A stretch of DNA of 17,656 nt from Candidatus Nanohaloarchaea archaeon (GCA_041640035.1 JBEQBC010000014.1:1-17656); one strand, 5' to 3'; shown: positions 1-9,467, counted from the first letter of the stretch. Numbers and translations: made by a program. The notes: generated by a model not told the origin, from the sequence alone.

Positions 1-490
1 GCTGGCAGAATAAAGCGGGATGACGCCTTGGCTGAAACAAGCCAGGTATCACGGCCGACCGCGAACACCAAAAAATTCTAGCAAAGGAGTGAAAAACGAC
101 CTCTAGAAGGTTGTACCTCCTCTGAACCGGTTTTTAACCCTCTCTGTGGAACAATTTGAGGGAAGAAGACCAAGGAGGTAACTACTTCAAAGTCTTTTTC
201 TCTCCAGGCGGACCTTGCTTCAAGTGGCAGAGGTAAGGTACCGCCGTCGGAAACTTTCACAAACACGATCCAAAACAAGGTACCAAACACCTGGAACCTA
301 ATCAGAGGTGAACAACACCATGGACGCAAACACACGCCACTTTGAAACAGAACTTGCAGCACAGGAAGTAGAGAAAGAACGGACAGAAGCACGAGTACAT
401 CCTGAAGCTGAAGTAATGACTGCAACCGCTCTTTAGAATAAAGAAAGAAGGTAGCTGCCAGATAATCGAATGCTCTCCGGAGAGCTAGCT
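1..490 (+). ncRNA. Candidate structured RNA / long structured leader, probably truncated by the window edge; family and strand unresolved
   Basis: Many stems by eye: 27-33/40-46, 96-102/108-114, 114-121/173-180 enclosing 129-135/165-171 and 138-142/158-162, 207-218/233-245, 2-8/455-461. Mismatches read mostly as G-U on the + strand. Confidence 0.4.
320..436 (+). CDS. Small acidic peptide, 38 aa (MDANTRHFETELAAQEVEKERTEARVHPEAEVMTATAL), below ORF-track cutoff
   Basis: GAGGTGA SD at 305-311, ATG 320, TAG 434-436; GAA/GCA/ACA codon use like the highly expressed genes here. Confidence 0.55.
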   Translation: MDANTRHFETELAAQEVEKERTEARVHPEAEVMTATAL

Positions 491-965
491 ATTCACTTTC
501 GTAGGCAGCTGACTCGAACGCAGCCCAACCGTTGGCCATAGAGTCAAGTATTGAGGTAAAAGTACGCGCCGGCTTTATGACCTTACGACGACCTTGAGCA
601 CCTTCCTTCGCATCACGATACTCCAGATACTCGTATTTGATAACACCCAATCTCCGTAATTTAGGTAATATATTGTTCTTCAGGTTCGACTTACCTTTCT
701 CATGACCCCATTCATCGAACGCATTCAACTTCTCTGAATCGATCTCGCCCTCCGACTTCAACTCTCTCAGGAATATCTTGGCATACTTGTTACGCTTCGG
801 AGACTGCTCATGCGGGAAGAACAGGTCTACGATCTTCTCCCAGTTCCACGCTCTCTCCGAACGCTTGAACTTCTGCTCATCCTCCGGAATAGCGATTGAG
901 TGTTTGGTTACGATTGTTGAGGTCTTGCGTGCTTCTTCATCTACAAACGGATGATCATCTGCCAT
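489..965 (-). CDS. Uncharacterised winged-helix DNA-binding protein (~158 aa; start re-placed at ATG 965)
   Basis: wHTH-like segment AKIFLRELKSEGEI...NLKNNILPKLRRLGVIKYE followed by a basic wing (QGRRKVIKP); the upstream extension MYTFFVYFF is just the repeat box. Confidence 0.65.
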   Translation of the reverse strand: MADDHPFVDEEARKTSTIVTKHSIAIPEDEQKFKRSERAWNWEKIVDLFFPHEQSPKRNKYAKIFLRELKSEGEIDSEKLNAFDEWGHEKGKSNLKNNILPKLRRLGVIKYEYLEYRDAKEGAQGRRKVIKPARTFTSILDSMANGWAAFESAAYESE

Positions 966-992
966 AAAGAAGTATACAAAGAAGGTATACAA
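963..992. promoter_or_regulatory. Tandem AAAGA(A)GGTATAC boxes between a putative TATA region and the wHTH start codon
   Basis: CATAAAGAAGTATAC (963-977) then ACAAAGAAGGTATACAA (976-992); near-identical copies at 9861-9875, 9953-9967 and inverted at 10007-10023. Confidence 0.6.
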
Positions 993-1111
993 AAAACTTT
1001 CTAAATTCGACAGACATCGAATAAACCAGTAAGGAAAAACACTGAGAACCGCAGGAGAAATCTTCTGCTGTAAGAACCAGTATTTAACACATCGAGCCCT
1101 AAACCATTATT

Positions 1112-1972
1112 ATGAAAACAAAGACACAGTTTATAGCGGTTACTTTATCAGCTCTTTTGCTGATGTCAGGAGCTGCGACGGCACAGAACAGCTCCGATAC
1201 AGAGCTGGAGGATAATATCTCCAGCAATGACACAGATGACTCCGAAAGCCGGTTAGGTGACGGCGTCAGATCCTACAGCTTCGATATACAGGGATTACCT
1301 GTAGGTGCAGCCCTCAAAGGGCCTTCCAGTTCAGCAGAGGAAGACCCAAGCGAAGTAGAGCGCGCTGAAGAACCTGTAGTCAGGCTTTCAGGTTTCGTTG
1401 AATTCGAGACAGGAGGATACGAAGTAGAAGTAGAATCCGAAGAAGAAAACAGAACGGTAGACCTCACTGTAGCAATCGAGGAACCTGAAGAAGCACCAAC
1501 ACAGCAAATCACCAGAGTACCTGTAGAGGAAAATCTAGAAGTCGAAGAAGGAAGCTACACAGTAGACCTGGAAGTAGTTAGAGGGAACGAAACTCTTCTA
1601 GAACGAACGAAGGAAGTCAAGATCTCCTCAACTGAAGAAGACGAAAGCCAGTACGAGAAATCACCAGAGAACATGACCCAAGAGGAACTGGTAGAAGAGG
1701 TTAAACAGCTCAGAGAAAAGATCGCAGAACTCACAGGCGAAGAAACCGATTCCGAAGAAAGACAGGGACCACCAGAAGACATCCCAGCAAACCCAGGACA
1801 GGAAGGAGACGACGATAGTGAAGAAGCAAACGAAACAGAAGAATCAGATGAAACTGAAGGAAACGAGACAGAAGACTCTTCACTGGGACCTCCATCAGAG
1901 ACACCAGGTCAAGGAAACAGCAACCGACCAGGATTCGTAAACCGAATGCTGGGCGGACTTTTCGGTCGATAA
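1112..1972 (+). CDS. Secreted acidic protein with PrcB C-terminal-like domain, coiled coil and amphipathic C-terminal helix
   Basis: Signal peptide MKTKTQFIAVTLSALLLMSGAATA; motif TGGYEVEV...VDLTVAIEEP...TQQITRVP resembles PrcB_C (GGYxVxI...TQVITYP); ends GFVNRMLGGLFGR. Confidence 0.6.
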   Translation: MKTKTQFIAVTLSALLLMSGAATAQNSSDTELEDNISSNDTDDSESRLGDGVRSYSFDIQGLPVGAALKGPSSSAEEDPSEVERAEEPVVRLSGFVEFETGGYEVEVESEEENRTVDLTVAIEEPEEAPTQQITRVPVEENLEVEEGSYTVDLEVVRGNETLLERTKEVKISSTEEDESQYEKSPENMTQEELVEEVKQLREKIAELTGEETDSEERQGPPEDIPANPGQEGDDDSEEANETEESDETEGNETEDSSLGPPSETPGQGNSNRPGFVNRMLGGLFGR

Positions 1973-1984
1973 ACTACCGACCAA

Positions 1985-2012
1985 ATTCCTCTCCTTTTTT
2001 CTTTCATTCCTT
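1985..2012 (+). terminator. Pyrimidine/T-rich archaeal terminator-like tract
   Basis: ttcctctccttttttctttcattcctt directly after the stop at 1972. Confidence 0.4.
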
Positions 2013-2047
2013 ATTGTATTTTAATATTGAAGACTACATCTCGCAAC

Positions 2048-2551
2048 ATGAACTACGAAGAACTTTCTAGAGAAAAACTTGTTGAAGCCCTTGAACAGAT
2101 GGAAACGGAACTGAAGCAGAGCCGTGAAGAAGCGGATGAATGGGAGAGCAAGGCTAAGAAGATCAAGGCCGACTTCGAGAACTACAAGAAAGATGAAGAC
2201 GACCGGAAAGAGAAGTGGAAGCAGGATGCCAAGAAAGAACTGGCAGAAGAGATGATTGAAGTGATGGACAACATGGAAAGAGCGCTTCTCACAGCCGAAG
2301 AAGATTCCTCAGTCTACCAGGGAGTAAAGATGGTGGCGGATCAGCTATACGAAAAACTGGAAGACGAAGGACTACAGAGAATCGACGCAGAAGGAGAGGA
2401 ATTCGATCCAAGGATGCACAAAGCAGTAGATACGGAAACTCATGAAGAGCACAACAGGATAATAGAGCAGCGCCGGAAAGGATACATGTACGATGATGAG
2501 ATTCTCCGTGAAGCAGAGGTAGTGGTTGGGAAGAACGATTCGGAAGAATAA
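2048..2551 (+). CDS. grpE: Nucleotide exchange factor GrpE (ATG 2048 preferred over TTG 2027)
   Basis: KADFENYKK, VMDNMERAL, GEEFDPRMHKAV, KGYM...ILREAEVVV motifs; upstream of dnaK. Confidence 0.95.
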   Translation: MNYEELSREKLVEALEQMETELKQSREEADEWESKAKKIKADFENYKKDEDDRKEKWKQDAKKELAEEMIEVMDNMERALLTAEEDSSVYQGVKMVADQLYEKLEDEGLQRIDAEGEEFDPRMHKAVDTETHEEHNRIIEQRRKGYMYDDEILREAEVVVGKNDSEE

Positions 2552-2583
2552 GAAATAAAAAACACTGCACATATTTGTCACCT

Positions 2584-3273
2584 ATGAGTGACATAAACCA
2601 GTACAGTCTTGACAATCTGCCTTCGGAAGTCACAGTCCTTCCGATGAGCCACCCAGAAGATGTACTTGAGAAAGCAGAAGACGACTACAGAGAAGTAGAC
2701 AACCATGTCTACGCTTCTGAGGACAGCGTTGTCCTAGGAGACATCTACGGAGCAGGTCAGACCATCGACAAGATGGCAGACGCGATCGAAGGCGGAGCAG
2801 AAACATTCAATATAGTCGGGCTCTGCGCAGCCAGAAAAGGAACATACGAACCAGGAGACATCGTAGAACCGGAACAGGTACACGGAGTAGATACCTTCTC
2901 AACCTCCACAGAACCAGAGTATGTGAGAGAGCCTGAAGAGTTCCCAGCACAGGAAGTAGTCGATGGCAGAACAACGCACGCTTCAGTACCAGCAGTACAT
3001 TATGATGCCTCAGAATATGTACATGAAAACGAGATAGACACTATAGAGATGGAGACAGCAGCCGCTCTTCTCGCAGCTGAAGGAGGCGACCGAGTCGACC
3101 TCACAGAAGAGGAAACAGAAGATACCTCAGTAACTGCAGCTTTCGCCGTATTCGACACATTTGAAGACGAATTAAGCCAGGATGCGGTATGGGACGACTC
3201 CGAGATCACATTTGAGGAAGCATACGAGAAATCAACCGCGGCAGCAGCCGAAGCAGTCGATAAGCTTCCCTGA
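2584..3273 (+). CDS. Divergent nucleoside phosphorylase-fold (PNP/UDP) protein
   Basis: NIVGLCAA, PGDIVEP and IEMETAAALLAA match NP-I family motifs; highly acidic. Confidence 0.6.
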   Translation: MSDINQYSLDNLPSEVTVLPMSHPEDVLEKAEDDYREVDNHVYASEDSVVLGDIYGAGQTIDKMADAIEGGAETFNIVGLCAARKGTYEPGDIVEPEQVHGVDTFSTSTEPEYVREPEEFPAQEVVDGRTTHASVPAVHYDASEYVHENEIDTIEMETAAALLAAEGGDRVDLTEEETEDTSVTAAFAVFDTFEDELSQDAVWDDSEITFEEAYEKSTAAAAEAVDKLP

Positions 3274-3369
3274 AAAAGTTCTTCTCTAAACCCTGATTTT
3301 TCTAGTCGTTCTCTTTAAAAATTTTTATTCATGTAATCAAAAAACATAGCTGTAGGTGTAACCACAAAA

Positions 3370-5310
3370 ATGAGCAAGATAATCGGCATCGACCTAGGTA
3401 CAACAAGAAGCGCAATGGCCAAAATCGAAGACGGAGAACCAGAAATAATCGAAAATAGCGAAGGAGAACGCGTAACACCTTCAATAGTAGCATTCGACGA
3501 CGGCGAAAGACTGGTCGGAAAACCAGCAAAGAACCAGATGGTAACCAACCAGGAAAACACCGTCAAATCCATCAAAAGACACATGGGAGAAGACTACAAT
3601 GTAGAACTAGACGGAGAAGACTACACACCGCAAGAAATCTCCTCCATGATCCTCCAGAAACTGAAAAACGATGCCGAAGAAAAAACAGGAGACGAAGTAG
3701 AGAAAGCAGTAATCACAGTACCAGCACACTTCGACGACACACAGAGACAGGCAACCAAAGACGCAGGAGAGATCGCAGGACTCGAAGTCGAAAGAATACT
3801 TAACGAACCGACCGCAGCAGCACTAGCATACGGACTGGACGACGAAAGCGACCAGACAGTACTCGTATACGACTTCGGAGGAGGAACCTTCGACGTCACC
3901 GTCCTAGAAATGGGAGACGGAATCTACGAAGTACAATCCACAGAAGGAGACAACGACCTCGGAGGAGACGACTTTGACGAAGAAATCGTCGACTGGGTAC
4001 TCGAAAAATTCGAAGACGAAAACGGAATCGACCTATCAAGCGAAGACGAAGCGATGCAGCGAATCCGTGAGAAAGCAGAAGAAGTCAAGAAACAATTGAG
4101 CAGCAAGAAACAGGCCAAGATCAACATTCCATTCATCCACCAGGAAGACGGAGAAACATACAACATCGACTACGAAATAACACGAAGCAAGTTCGAAGAC
4201 CTGGTAGAAGACCTGATCCAGAGAACTACTGAGCCTACTGAAACAGCGATCGACGATGCTGGAGTCAGCAAAGGGGATATCGACGAAGTCATCCTCGTCG
4301 GAGGAACCACACGCGTACCAGCAGTAAGAGAACATGTACAGGCAATCACCGGTCAGAAACCAAACCAGGAAGTCAACCCTGCAGAAGCAGTTGCACAGGG
4401 AGCAGCAATCCAGGCAGGAAGCATCGAAGGAGAAATGGACGACATCCTACTACTCGATGTAGCACCACTCAGCCTAGGAGTAGAGGTCAAAGGCGGCCTA
4501 ACAGAAACACTTATCGAAAAGAACACAACAATCCCAGCAGAAGAAAGCAAGACCTTCACAACAGCTCAGGACAACCAGTCCATGGTAACCGTACATGTAG
4601 TACAGGGAGAAAGAGAGATGGCACAGGACAACAAGTCCCTGGGGCAGTTCAACCTGCAAGGACTTCCACCAGCACCTGCAGGACAGCCACAGATCGAAGT
4701 AACATTCGAGATCGACTCTGACGGAATCCTACAGGTAAGCGCTGAGGAACAGCAGAGTGGGGAGGAAGCAAGTATCAGCATCGATGACTCAGCACGGCTA
4801 GATGATGAAGAAATCGAAGAGATGAAGGAAGAAGCAGAGAAACACGAGGAAGAGGACCAGCTGAGAAGAGAGTTCATCGAGACCAAGAATAAGGCAGACC
4901 AGATTATCAGCCAGGCAGAACAGCAGATGGACAACTTCGAAGACGAAGTCGACGAAGAGATCCTCGACTCAATCGAGGACGCTATCGAAGATGTAGAAGA
5001 CGCGAAGGAAGAAGCTGAAGAGATCGATGACCTGGAAGAAGCCAGCGAAGTACTTGACTCCGCAATCGAAGACCTGGAGAAAGAATTACAGGAGATCGGA
5101 CAGGAAATGTACGGCGGAGAAGGACAACAAGGCGCTCCCGGCGGAATGGGAGGCATGGGAGGAGTCGATCCTTCCAACATGGATCCAGAAGATATCAAGG
5201 ACGCAGCCCAGAACATGGGTGGCGCAGCAGGACAGTCCGGTGACGATGATGTAGTTGACGCAGAGTACGAAGAAGTCAACACGGATGAAGATGAGGACAA
5301 GGAAGAATAA
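3370..5310 (+). CDS. dnaK: Chaperone DnaK (Hsp70)
   Basis: [49 protein letters not shown]; Gly/Met-rich tail with VVDAEYEEV. Confidence 0.99.
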   Translation: MSKIIGIDLGTTRSAMAKIEDGEPEIIENSEGERVTPSIVAFDDGERLVGKPAKNQMVTNQENTVKSIKRHMGEDYNVELDGEDYTPQEISSMILQKLKNDAEEKTGDEVEKAVITVPAHFDDTQRQATKDAGEIAGLEVERILNEPTAAALAYGLDDESDQTVLVYDFGGGTFDVTVLEMGDGIYEVQSTEGDNDLGGDDFDEEIVDWVLEKFEDENGIDLSSEDEAMQRIREKAEEVKKQLSSKKQAKINIPFIHQEDGETYNIDYEITRSKFEDLVEDLIQRTTEPTETAIDDAGVSKGDIDEVILVGGTTRVPAVREHVQAITGQKPNQEVNPAEAVAQGAAIQAGSIEGEMDDILLLDVAPLSLGVEVKGGLTETLIEKNTTIPAEESKTFTTAQDNQSMVTVHVVQGEREMAQDNKSLGQFNLQGLPPAPAGQPQIEVTFEIDSDGILQVSAEEQQSGEEASISIDDSARLDDEEIEEMKEEAEKHEEEDQLRREFIETKNKADQIISQAEQQMDNFEDEVDEEILDSIEDAIEDVEDAKEEAEEIDDLEEASEVLDSAIEDLEKELQEIGQEMYGGEGQQGAPGGMGGMGGVDPSNMDPEDIKDAAQNMGGAAGQSGDDDVVDAEYEEVNTDEDEDKEE

Positions 5311-5377
5311 TGCGTTCTTCCCTTCCTCTTTCAAAATCTTCTAACAAACAAATAGCGATCACCGCCCGTGACTATTA

Positions 5378-6130
5378 ATGTCAAGTAGGATGTACTACCT
5401 AGTCATCAGTTCTAACCCCGAAGATATCCAATCTAAGTTTAGAGATAGATTTGACGCTCCTGAGATGGGGAAAATTATCGAATCTAGCCAGGTTTTATTC
5501 CGGCTTAACGAGACTAATAAATTTTCAGGTTACGTTGGCGAAGGAACCGTGGAAAAAGATAGTATCTGGCATGAAGCGGCCGAAGATATTGACAGAGTTG
5601 TTGAAATAGCATGGAACGATACAAGCAGTATCACTTACGGCACCCTATACAAAATAAGGGATGGAGAATCTATTAAGGTAGATCACGAGTATGGCGATCT
5701 TCACCCTTTCTTCGGAGATGAGGCGGAAGACCTAGATATAGATGCGGATCTAGATAAACCTGATTTCCAAGCCCACTCTCATGTTCCAGCATATTTTTTC
5801 AGAGTGCATGGACTGAAGATATTCGACAAATACCCTGAAGAACGGTCAAAAATTGAGTTTAAAGATACTTACAGCCCTGATTCTGATTCAGATGTTGAAA
5901 GGACTTGTCCTTCCTGCGAAAGTCATAAAATCAGTCTTGAAGAATGGAAGGCTGAGTGTGAAGACTGTGGATATAGAAATACAGAAGTTTGGTTCAGCCA
6001 GTATTCAGTTAAGACCACGAGGCTACGCGATTCTGATTTAACAAGAAAGAATAGCTCTTCGGCTAATAACCACAAGCAAAATTCAAACATTCTGGATAAA
6101 CTTCTCAAGGTGTTAAATAGAAATGACTAA
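5378..6130 (+). CDS. Hypothetical protein with C-terminal zinc ribbon
   Basis: 250-aa ORF, CPSC...CEDCG; T-rich codon usage unlike neighbours; overlaps dnaJ start by 8 nt. Confidence 0.7.
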   Translation: MSSRMYYLVISSNPEDIQSKFRDRFDAPEMGKIIESSQVLFRLNETNKFSGYVGEGTVEKDSIWHEAAEDIDRVVEIAWNDTSSITYGTLYKIRDGESIKVDHEYGDLHPFFGDEAEDLDIDADLDKPDFQAHSHVPAYFFRVHGLKIFDKYPEERSKIEFKDTYSPDSDSDVERTCPSCESHKISLEEWKAECEDCGYRNTEVWFSQYSVKTTRLRDSDLTRKNSSSANNHKQNSNILDKLLKVLNRND

Positions 6131-7217
6131 AGAATACTACGAAATTCTCGGAGTAAGCGAAGACGCAAGTCAGGACGAAATCAAGAAAGCATACAGAAAG
6201 AAGGCGAAGAAATACCATCCGGACTCCAACTCAGAGACAAGCGATGAGGAGAAGTTCAAGAAGATAAACAAAGCATACGATGTTCTCTCAGATGAGGAAA
6301 AACGGAAGAAGTACGATCAGTTCGGTAAACAGGGCGTAGAAGGTTCTTCAAGCCGAGGTCAGAGAAGAGCAGCCTCCAACTTCCAAGACATATTCGAACA
6401 GATCTTCGGCGGAGGCGGCGGTTTCGGAGGCCAGAGCCGAGGCGGAAACCAGCAGGAAGCACATCTGAAGATACAGACAACAATCAGCCTACAGGAAGCA
6501 TACGAAAGCACAGAAAAAACATTCAAAGTAGAGAGAAGAGTAGAATGCAGCGAATGCAATGGTTCAGGAGCAGAAGACGGAGAGACAAGCACCTGTACAG
6601 AATGTGACGGACAGGGAAGAAAGCGCGAGGTACGCAGAACACCGCTTGGAAGAGCAGAAACAGTAGTTGAATGCGAACAGTGTAACGGAACCGGACAGAT
6701 ACCTGAGACAGAATGCAGCGAATGTAGTGGAGAAGGATTCATTGAAGAGGAAGAGCAGATCACTGCCGATATCCCTCCAGGAGTTAAAGACGGTCAAAGA
6801 CTCCGGTTATCCGGTAAAGGTAACGAGACACGGCAGGGAACCGGCGACCTGTTCATCTATGTAACCGTAGAACCTCATGACGAAGTTGAGCGAAAAGAGA
6901 ACGACCTCTTCACCACGCTTCAGATAGGTATCGGTGACGCAGTTCTCGGCGCGAAGTCTGAAGTACCTCATCCTTCAGAAGACTTGCAGGTAACGATTCC
7001 CGAAGGCACTCAGCCCGGTCAGGTACTGCGGATGCAGGGCAAAGGTATGCCTTCACAGAGGCGGCGCCGTGGAGAAGGCGACATGTATGTAGAGATCGAT
7101 GTCGAAGTCCCTGAAGATGTCTCTGAGGAAGATGAAGAAGTGTTTGAGAAGTTCAGAAAGAAACAGCCGGACAGTTCGAAGAACTTCTTCGAGAGCGTGA
7201 AGGACCTGATAGATTAA
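6123..7217 (+). CDS. dnaJ: Chaperone DnaJ
   Basis: J-domain ([12 protein letters not shown]), G/F region, four CxxCxGxG repeats, C-terminal IPEGTQPG. Confidence 0.98.
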   Translation: MTKEYYEILGVSEDASQDEIKKAYRKKAKKYHPDSNSETSDEEKFKKINKAYDVLSDEEKRKKYDQFGKQGVEGSSSRGQRRAASNFQDIFEQIFGGGGGFGGQSRGGNQQEAHLKIQTTISLQEAYESTEKTFKVERRVECSECNGSGAEDGETSTCTECDGQGRKREVRRTPLGRAETVVECEQCNGTGQIPETECSECSGEGFIEEEEQITADIPPGVKDGQRLRLSGKGNETRQGTGDLFIYVTVEPHDEVERKENDLFTTLQIGIGDAVLGAKSEVPHPSEDLQVTIPEGTQPGQVLRMQGKGMPSQRRRRGEGDMYVEIDVEVPEDVSEEDEEVFEKFRKKQPDSSKNFFESVKDLID

Positions 7218-7260
7218 AACCACCAAAATCTACTTTACCTTTCTCTACACAGGTTTTTCC

Positions 7261-7455
7261 ATGAAGATAGACAAGATCCAGGACGACGGCGAGAGATTCA
7301 TCATCCACGGAACCAATATCCATGACGAACTTCAGTCTATCTTCGACAACATCGCACTCGGAGTAACAGTCTCCAAACACGGAGACCAGTCACATGTACT
7401 GTACACCGAGAACAACAGAGATATCGTGCTGAGAATTCTGAACGAGAAAACCTGA
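7261..7455 (+). CDS. Small hypothetical protein (64 aa)
   Basis: ATG ORF filling the gap between dnaJ and the convergent HTH gene; host-like codon usage. Confidence 0.6.
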   Translation: MKIDKIQDDGERFIIHGTNIHDELQSIFDNIALGVTVSKHGDQSHVLYTENNRDIVLRILNEKT

Positions 7456-7456
7456 A

Positions 7457-7828
7457 CTAAGAATACTGATCCTCGAACTCATCAATCATGTCTTCTACAA
7501 GGTCTCTCCAGTTCTCTACGCGTTCTCTCATGCGTTGAGAAACTTTTTGTGGCGGTACGGCGTTGTACACATTTACATAGCTGCCTCCGTCAAGTCCGCG
7601 GGTATCTTTCTCGACGAAATCGTTCTCCAGAAGTGTTTTTAGCGATCTGAAAACCGTTGATCTTTCTTTACCCACTTTTTCAGCGACTTCATCAACCGTC
7701 ATCTCATCTTCTTCCAGCATGGAGAGATATATCTCTTTCTCCAGGTCGCCGAAGCCTGCTATGCATTCCAGGATGTCTTCACACTCTTTCTCTCTTTGTT
7801 CCAGGTAGTTGATTACTGATCGCTTCAT
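7457..7828 (-). CDS. TrmB-like helix-turn-helix transcriptional regulator
   Basis: CEDILECIAGFGDLEKEIY...MTVDEVAEKVGKERSTVFRSLKTLLENDFVEK...GGSYVNVY, typical euryarchaeal short TrmB-type HTH. Confidence 0.85.
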   Translation of the reverse strand: MKRSVINYLEQREKECEDILECIAGFGDLEKEIYLSMLEEDEMTVDEVAEKVGKERSTVFRSLKTLLENDFVEKDTRGLDGGSYVNVYNAVPPQKVSQRMRERVENWRDLVEDMIDEFEDQYS

Positions 7829-7916
7829 ATCGTGTAATTGGTGTTGATAGGTTAAAATGCTGGTCCGTTAGCGGGAAGCATTTATATTCAGGAAAAGAAA
7901 ACAGTGTATTGTAAAG

Positions 7917-8186
7917 ATGACACAAGACTCTGATGTTGAGAGAGCCGAAGTCATATACGAAGGATACAAAGAGATCATCGGAGAAGCAGCCGCAGGAATC
8001 GCCAAAGAAAAGGATTATGTAGATTTTGAAGACGGCGAGATAAAGGACTTCAACGGCGACGAAGAGGACATGAATGATTTTGTAGAATCCTTCAAGGACA
8101 CTATCGGCGAAGTTGCGATAAGAATCGGCAAGAAAAAGCTGGAAGAAGAAAATGTAGAAGACATTCCAGAGACACTGGAGGACTAG
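7917..8186 (+). CDS. Small helical protein with internal duplication; putative signalling adaptor
   Basis: YKEIIGEAAAGIAK / FKDTIGEVAIRIGK repeats; 6 nt upstream of a membrane protein. Confidence 0.65.
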   Translation: MTQDSDVERAEVIYEGYKEIIGEAAAGIAKEKDYVDFEDGEIKDFNGDEEDMNDFVESFKDTIGEVAIRIGKKKLEEENVEDIPETLED

Positions 8187-8192
8187 AATACT

Positions 8193-8492
8193 ATGATGCA
8201 ATACATACCAATAGCACTGAACCTGATCGGCATAATAATCCTGCTTTTCGGATTCAGAGAAGCCTACAAACTCAGAAACAAACTAGGAACAGGAACACTG
8301 AAAGAAGCCTGGGACAAGCTCTCAGTCTTCATAGCAGTATTCATAGCCGGATACGCAGCATTCTCTGCGACACTCTTAATGGGTGGAGACAACACTATCA
8401 ACTCCAACCTTATCACATCGCTCGTATTCCTGCTTGGATCAGGCTTCGTCCTGCTAGCAGCACACTACAACCGACAGGCATTCGAACACTAA
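8193..8492 (+). CDS. Stand-alone 3-TM membrane protein, sensor-module-like
   Basis: Three hydrophobic helices; W..LSVFIAVFIAGY and LITSLVFLLGSGFV recall N-terminal membrane modules of bacterial GGDEF/His-kinase proteins. Confidence 0.7.
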   Translation: MMQYIPIALNLIGIIILLFGFREAYKLRNKLGTGTLKEAWDKLSVFIAVFIAGYAAFSATLLMGGDNTINSNLITSLVFLLGSGFVLLAAHYNRQAFEH

Positions 8493-8641
8493 AAATGGTT
8501 GTATAAACCCCCTCACCACATCTTTTTTCTTTAAAATTTTTCTTCGTAATTAACCCATACACAAACAAACAGAATGTTGTTACCTTGCAATAACACTTAA
8601 AATTGTTGGGTTATAATACCATTGTATTAGGTGAACTAACT

Positions 8642-9247
8642 ATGGTACAAAGCAAAGAAGATCTTGACGAATCTATTGGCGAAGCCGTAAGAAAAAACAG
8701 AAGAGGCGCATATAGACCTCATACCGGACCTTCCGGAGACTCATTCGAAGACTACAGAGGACAAGGTCAGAGCGGAAGCAAACCCGCACACAGCGAACCC
8801 GCACACGAACTGGGTACCTCCCAGAGCATGCAGGAGACCTACAAATCAGGACTCCTGAGCAGAGCACTCAGCAAACTAACCGGTTCAACTCACACCGACC
8901 CTTCCGAAGGACTGGATCAATACGCAGACCTTGGGGAAATGACAGACGAAGAAGTAGAAAATGTCCCACACCCAAGCGACCTTGATGCAGAGGAAGGAGA
9001 AAGACCTTACGAAGCAGCACAGAACTGGATCGACAGCAGACTAGAACAGGGACAGACACAGGATGTAAAAGTATTCCTGGAGAAGGAAAGAGAATCTCAA
9101 GGAAGAAAGACCGTCCTAGGATATGTGAACGAAGACCAGCTTGCAACAGTTAACACACAGGATCCTGAAGGAGGACTTCACAGGACAGAGGAGATCTCCG
9201 ACGAAGAAGCGGCTCAGGCACTGGAACCATACGACCCAGAGCAATAA
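8642..9247 (+). CDS. Hypothetical acidic protein (~201 aa)
   Basis: AGGTGA SD before ATG 8642; host-like codons; FLEKERESQGRKTVL motif near C-terminus. Confidence 0.7.
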   Translation: MVQSKEDLDESIGEAVRKNRRGAYRPHTGPSGDSFEDYRGQGQSGSKPAHSEPAHELGTSQSMQETYKSGLLSRALSKLTGSTHTDPSEGLDQYADLGEMTDEEVENVPHPSDLDAEEGERPYEAAQNWIDSRLEQGQTQDVKVFLEKERESQGRKTVLGYVNEDQLATVNTQDPEGGLHRTEEISDEEAAQALEPYDPEQ

Positions 9248-9467
9248 CCTGGTTCCACACCTCTTTCCACCTTTCTTCTACTCACAAAACAAAGAATACA
9301 GTGGAACTAAAAACACCGAAGTAGTTAATTTAGAACGAACATACCATTCTTTTTAAATAGTTTCGTAGTCACCGACCAATTAAATTTAAGTCAAAGAGTG
9401 TTAAATATCATCGAACACCCCTTGGTTAGACACAAGAAGTAAAAGATAGAGAAACCTGTTTAGACAT

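Noticed and set aside
1-70. End of SRP/RNase P RNA, or 5' start of 23S rRNA on the minus strand (TTCTGCCAGC)
   Set aside because: Only a few matching bases and no diagnostic motif inside the window; undecidable without upstream sequence
326-361. tmRNA tag-like reading ANTRHFETELAA inside a structured RNA
   Set aside because: No stop after LAA, the ORF has its own SD and ATG, no tRNA-like T-arm/CCA end is visible, and tmRNA is not known in archaea
78-425. 115-aa minus-strand ORF
   Set aside because: Leu/Val/Ser-rich antisense shadow of A-rich sequence; not halophile-like
1052-1069. Imperfect palindrome GCAGGAGA-aa-TCTTCTGC in the divergent promoter
   Set aside because: Single occurrence, no supporting copy
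4566-5300. Long antisense ORFs over dnaK (likewise over dnaJ, RPA, radA)
   Set aside because: Ser-rich mirror of GAA/GAC codons of the real genes
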